64,000 nucleotides of DNA, taken from NCBI RefSeq assembly GCF_009914755.1, contig NC_060928.1. One strand, given 5' to 3'. This DNA comes from the human T2T-CHM13v2.0 reference genome, Homo sapiens. Position 1 is the first letter of the stretch; every line of letters starts with the position of its first letter. Made by a program: the position numbers and the translations under genes. The notes beneath the pieces were generated by a model. The model made no database searches, was not told the origin of the DNA, and was given only the letters and a program-made list of their open reading frames with translations. This document shows, in pieces, positions 63,247 through 64,000 of the stretch.

Positions 63247-63750
63247 GTATCAGTTAAGATGTTTTCAGCTACAATTAAGAAAACCCTACTAATAAAAATT
63301 AAACTTTAAGCATATTTATTGTTAACAAATCTAGAGGTAGTCCTATATTCAAAATTACCATCAAGTTTCTTTTTTTTTTTTCTGTTCCGTCACTCTAAGA
63401 ATACAGGATTTTGCCTCAAGCTTGTAGCCTCAAGGTCACAACATGGCTGCCACACCACTAACCATCATATCTTCATATCACAGCATCCAAAGCAGGAAAG
63501 AAAGAAGACGACAAATGAGCTCTGTCATTCAAAAGAGAAAAATATATATATTTCCCAGAAGATCCCCATAAAATTCCCTTTTACATCTCACTGGCTAAAA
63601 CTGGATTATATAAACTGATGACCAACGAAGGGAAAAGGGAAAGCCCTGATTAGCTTATGCCTCACAATTTACCCTCCTGGCTAGATACTTTGCTAACAGC
63701 ATCCTGTTATTGATTTTTACTGGAGTGAGTAGCCATCAGTCTCTATCCCA
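63247..63750 (-). mobile_element. Old MaLR LTR (MLT1J/K-like), opposite orientation
   Basis: gtatcagttaagatgttttcagctacaa…caacatggctgcc…catctcactggctaaaactgg. Confidence 0.65.
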
Positions 63751-63806
63751 ACTATATAGAGATTTGAGGTTTAAGAACTATAACTGTGATCACATTCCAA
63801 ACTAAA

Positions 63807-64000
63807 TTATTTTATTTTTTAGATTCTGGGGTACATGTGTAGGTTCGTTACAAGGGCATATTGCATGATGCTGAGTTCAACATGAATTCTTTTTTTAAAA
63901 AATTTTCAATTTTTTGTAGATTTAGGGGGTACATGTGCAGGATTGTTACATAGATATATTCTGTGATGTTGACGTTTGGGATACAAATGACCCCATCACC
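63807..64000 (-). mobile_element. Two adjacent L1PA16/L1PB-like 3' ends (63807-63875 and ~63890-end)
   Basis: Both read ttt…agatt…ggggtacatgtg(t/c)agg…gttaca…atatt…tgatg. The second runs off the right edge. Confidence 0.85.

Overview
AT-rich, repeat-dense great-ape (hominid) genomic DNA that reads as intergenic or deep intronic. I recognise no host protein-coding exon, RNA gene, CRISPR array or prokaryotic feature. Nearly every long ORF in the track derives from LINE-1, LINE-2, Alu or MaLR, or is low-complexity noise. Main elements: (1) an inverted, twin-primed L1PA5-like insertion running off the left edge (1-1845); (2) a full-length, ~6.0 kb young L1 (L1PA2-like, possibly an ape-lineage subfamily; 2221-8238) with a 14-bp TSD, an intact ORF0 and YY1 site, but disabled ORF1 and ORF2; (3) a complete THE1/MST MaLR provirus with a 5-bp TSD (35017-37417); (4) a ~2 kb L2 with a readable RT core; (5) 11 dimeric Alus, a monomer, solo LTRs, MIRs, MITEs and old L1M fragments. 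I found no convincing new biological system. The best leads are the L1-L1 arrangement (an antisense promoter facing a promoterless sense RT fragment, plus a 1.6 kb inverted repeat), two long perfect palindromes about 90 bp apart at 55.1 kb, a ~320-bp purine expansion inside an Alu linker, and several plus-strand exon-like segments. Subfamily names come from recalled consensus sequences, not from a database search.
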